51,687 bases of DNA from Candidatus Pelagibacterales bacterium (GTDB taxonomy: Bacteria > Pseudomonadota > Alphaproteobacteria > Pelagibacterales > Pelagibacteraceae). Within the stretch, counting starts at the first letter, position 1, and each line of letters opens with the position of its first letter. The position numbers and the translations under genes are program-made. Shown piece after piece: positions 50,784-51,687 of this stretch. Location of the stretch: positions 1 through 51,687 of the forward strand of contig CBDDXH010000001.1 in the NCBI GenBank assembly GCA_965235125.1, given 5' to 3'. Under the pieces are notes generated by a model. That model had not been told where the DNA came from, ran no database searches, and saw only the letters and a program-made list of their open reading frames with translations.

Positions 50784-51641
50784 TTATTTTTTATTTATAA
50801 GTTCGCTTATAAAATTTTCACCATAACCATCATCAACTGCTTTTTGAAAATAGTTTTTATTCATTTCTGCAGTCTTTTCAGCTTCAGGAAAATCTCTTAA
50901 AAGTTCTTGGATATAAGTCAAGTCTTTAACTGAATTTTTTGCAGTAAATTTAAACCCAGTGTAATCGTTCTTTAATAGATTATCAAAAACCCTAACTAGA
51001 GCTGCCGAATTTGCTGATCCTAATTTTGCAACTTCATATAATTTTTTAAGATCCAAACCTAATTCTCGAGCAGCTTTTGCCATATGATTAATTAAGGCTG
51101 CATTTCCTAAAGTTAAAAAGTTATTTAATAGTTTAGATTTTGCACCCATTCCAACAGGACCAAAATGAAAATAATTTTTGCAAAATATTTTTAAGTAAGG
51201 TTCAGCTATTTTAAAATTTTTATCAGAGGCACCAACAATACCGCCTAAAACCCCCTCTTCAGCCTGAACAGGTCCGCCCATCACTGGGCATTCAACATAT
51301 TGAATATGATTAGACTTATAAATAGTCTCTGTCTCAATTGATCCAGTTTTATTATGTGTTGTAATATCAATCACAAGTGCATCTGAATTTAATATTTTAG
51401 ACATTATTTCAGATATAGATTTTGCAATAGGTGTATTCGTGACACACATAAATAAAATATTTAAATTTTTATTTGAAAAATCTTCAAGCGACTTAACTTC
51501 TAGAGCGCCATCTTTAATAATTTTATCGATAGGTTTTCTATTTTTGTTTGCAACTACAAAAAGTTTGTGCCCATGTTTTAAAATATTTTTAGCTATACCA
51601 TAGCCCATGTAACCAACGCCAATAAATCCTATATTTTTCAT
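50784..51641 (-). CDS. NAD(P)-dependent oxidoreductase, beta-hydroxyacid dehydrogenase (3-hydroxyisobutyrate dehydrogenase-like) family
   Basis: IGFIGVGYMG, CPVMGG, GAKSKLLNN (catalytic Lys), KDL. Confidence 0.85.
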   Translation of the reverse strand: MKNIGFIGVGYMGYGIAKNILKHGHKLFVVANKNRKPIDKIIKDGALEVKSLEDFSNKNLNILFMCVTNTPIAKSISEIMSKILNSDALVIDITTHNKTGSIETETIYKSNHIQYVECPVMGGPVQAEEGVLGGIVGASDKNFKIAEPYLKIFCKNYFHFGPVGMGAKSKLLNNFLTLGNAALINHMAKAARELGLDLKKLYEVAKLGSANSAALVRVFDNLLKNDYTGFKFTAKNSVKDLTYIQELLRDFPEAEKTAEMNKNYFQKAVDDGYGENFISELINKK

Positions 51642-51687
51642 GCTTCAAGATACCAAAAAATTAATACAGATATCACAAAAAAAATTT

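Noticed and set aside
1-51687. tRNA/rRNA genes, CRISPR arrays, integrases, IS elements, prophage or defence genes
   Set aside because: No spacer is long and structured enough, no periodic repeats were seen, and every long ORF fits a housekeeping, envelope or metabolic family.

Overview
A very AT-rich, almost gap-free core-genome segment. Gene content, synteny and compaction point to a streamlined alphaproteobacterium, most likely Pelagibacterales/SAR11 (inference). It holds about 48 protein-coding genes: tyrS (3' end), an AsmA-like gene, prfB (with a +1 frameshift), mrcA, rne, thiSG, aroQ-accBC, NDUFA12/DUF2155, an orphan NrdJ C-terminal (TSCPD-type) gene, aspS, hda, purMN, ndk, pepA, lptFGD-surA-pdxA-rsmA, gmk, fabDG-acpP, rpsF-rpsR-rplI-dnaB, an MMPL/RND transporter, cvpA-purF, bamB-like/yfgM-like, panB, guaAB, rlmE, psd-pssA, icd, alaS, and a terminal oxidoreductase-aldehyde dehydrogenase-DUF779 cassette. 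I saw no rRNA, tRNA, CRISPR array, integrase or IS. The most notable signals are: a stand-alone RNR remnant with a novel N-terminus; RNase E lacking its Zn-link; recurring loss of metal ligands; a CBS-less GuaB whose conserved C-terminus sits in the +1 frame behind a stop; an aldB-DUF779 cassette flanked by an 11-bp direct repeat; DnaA boxes before dnaB; nested palindromes before the MMPL gene; and stop-codon overlaps at nearly all convergent junctions. All calls come from motif recognition by eye; no database searches were run.
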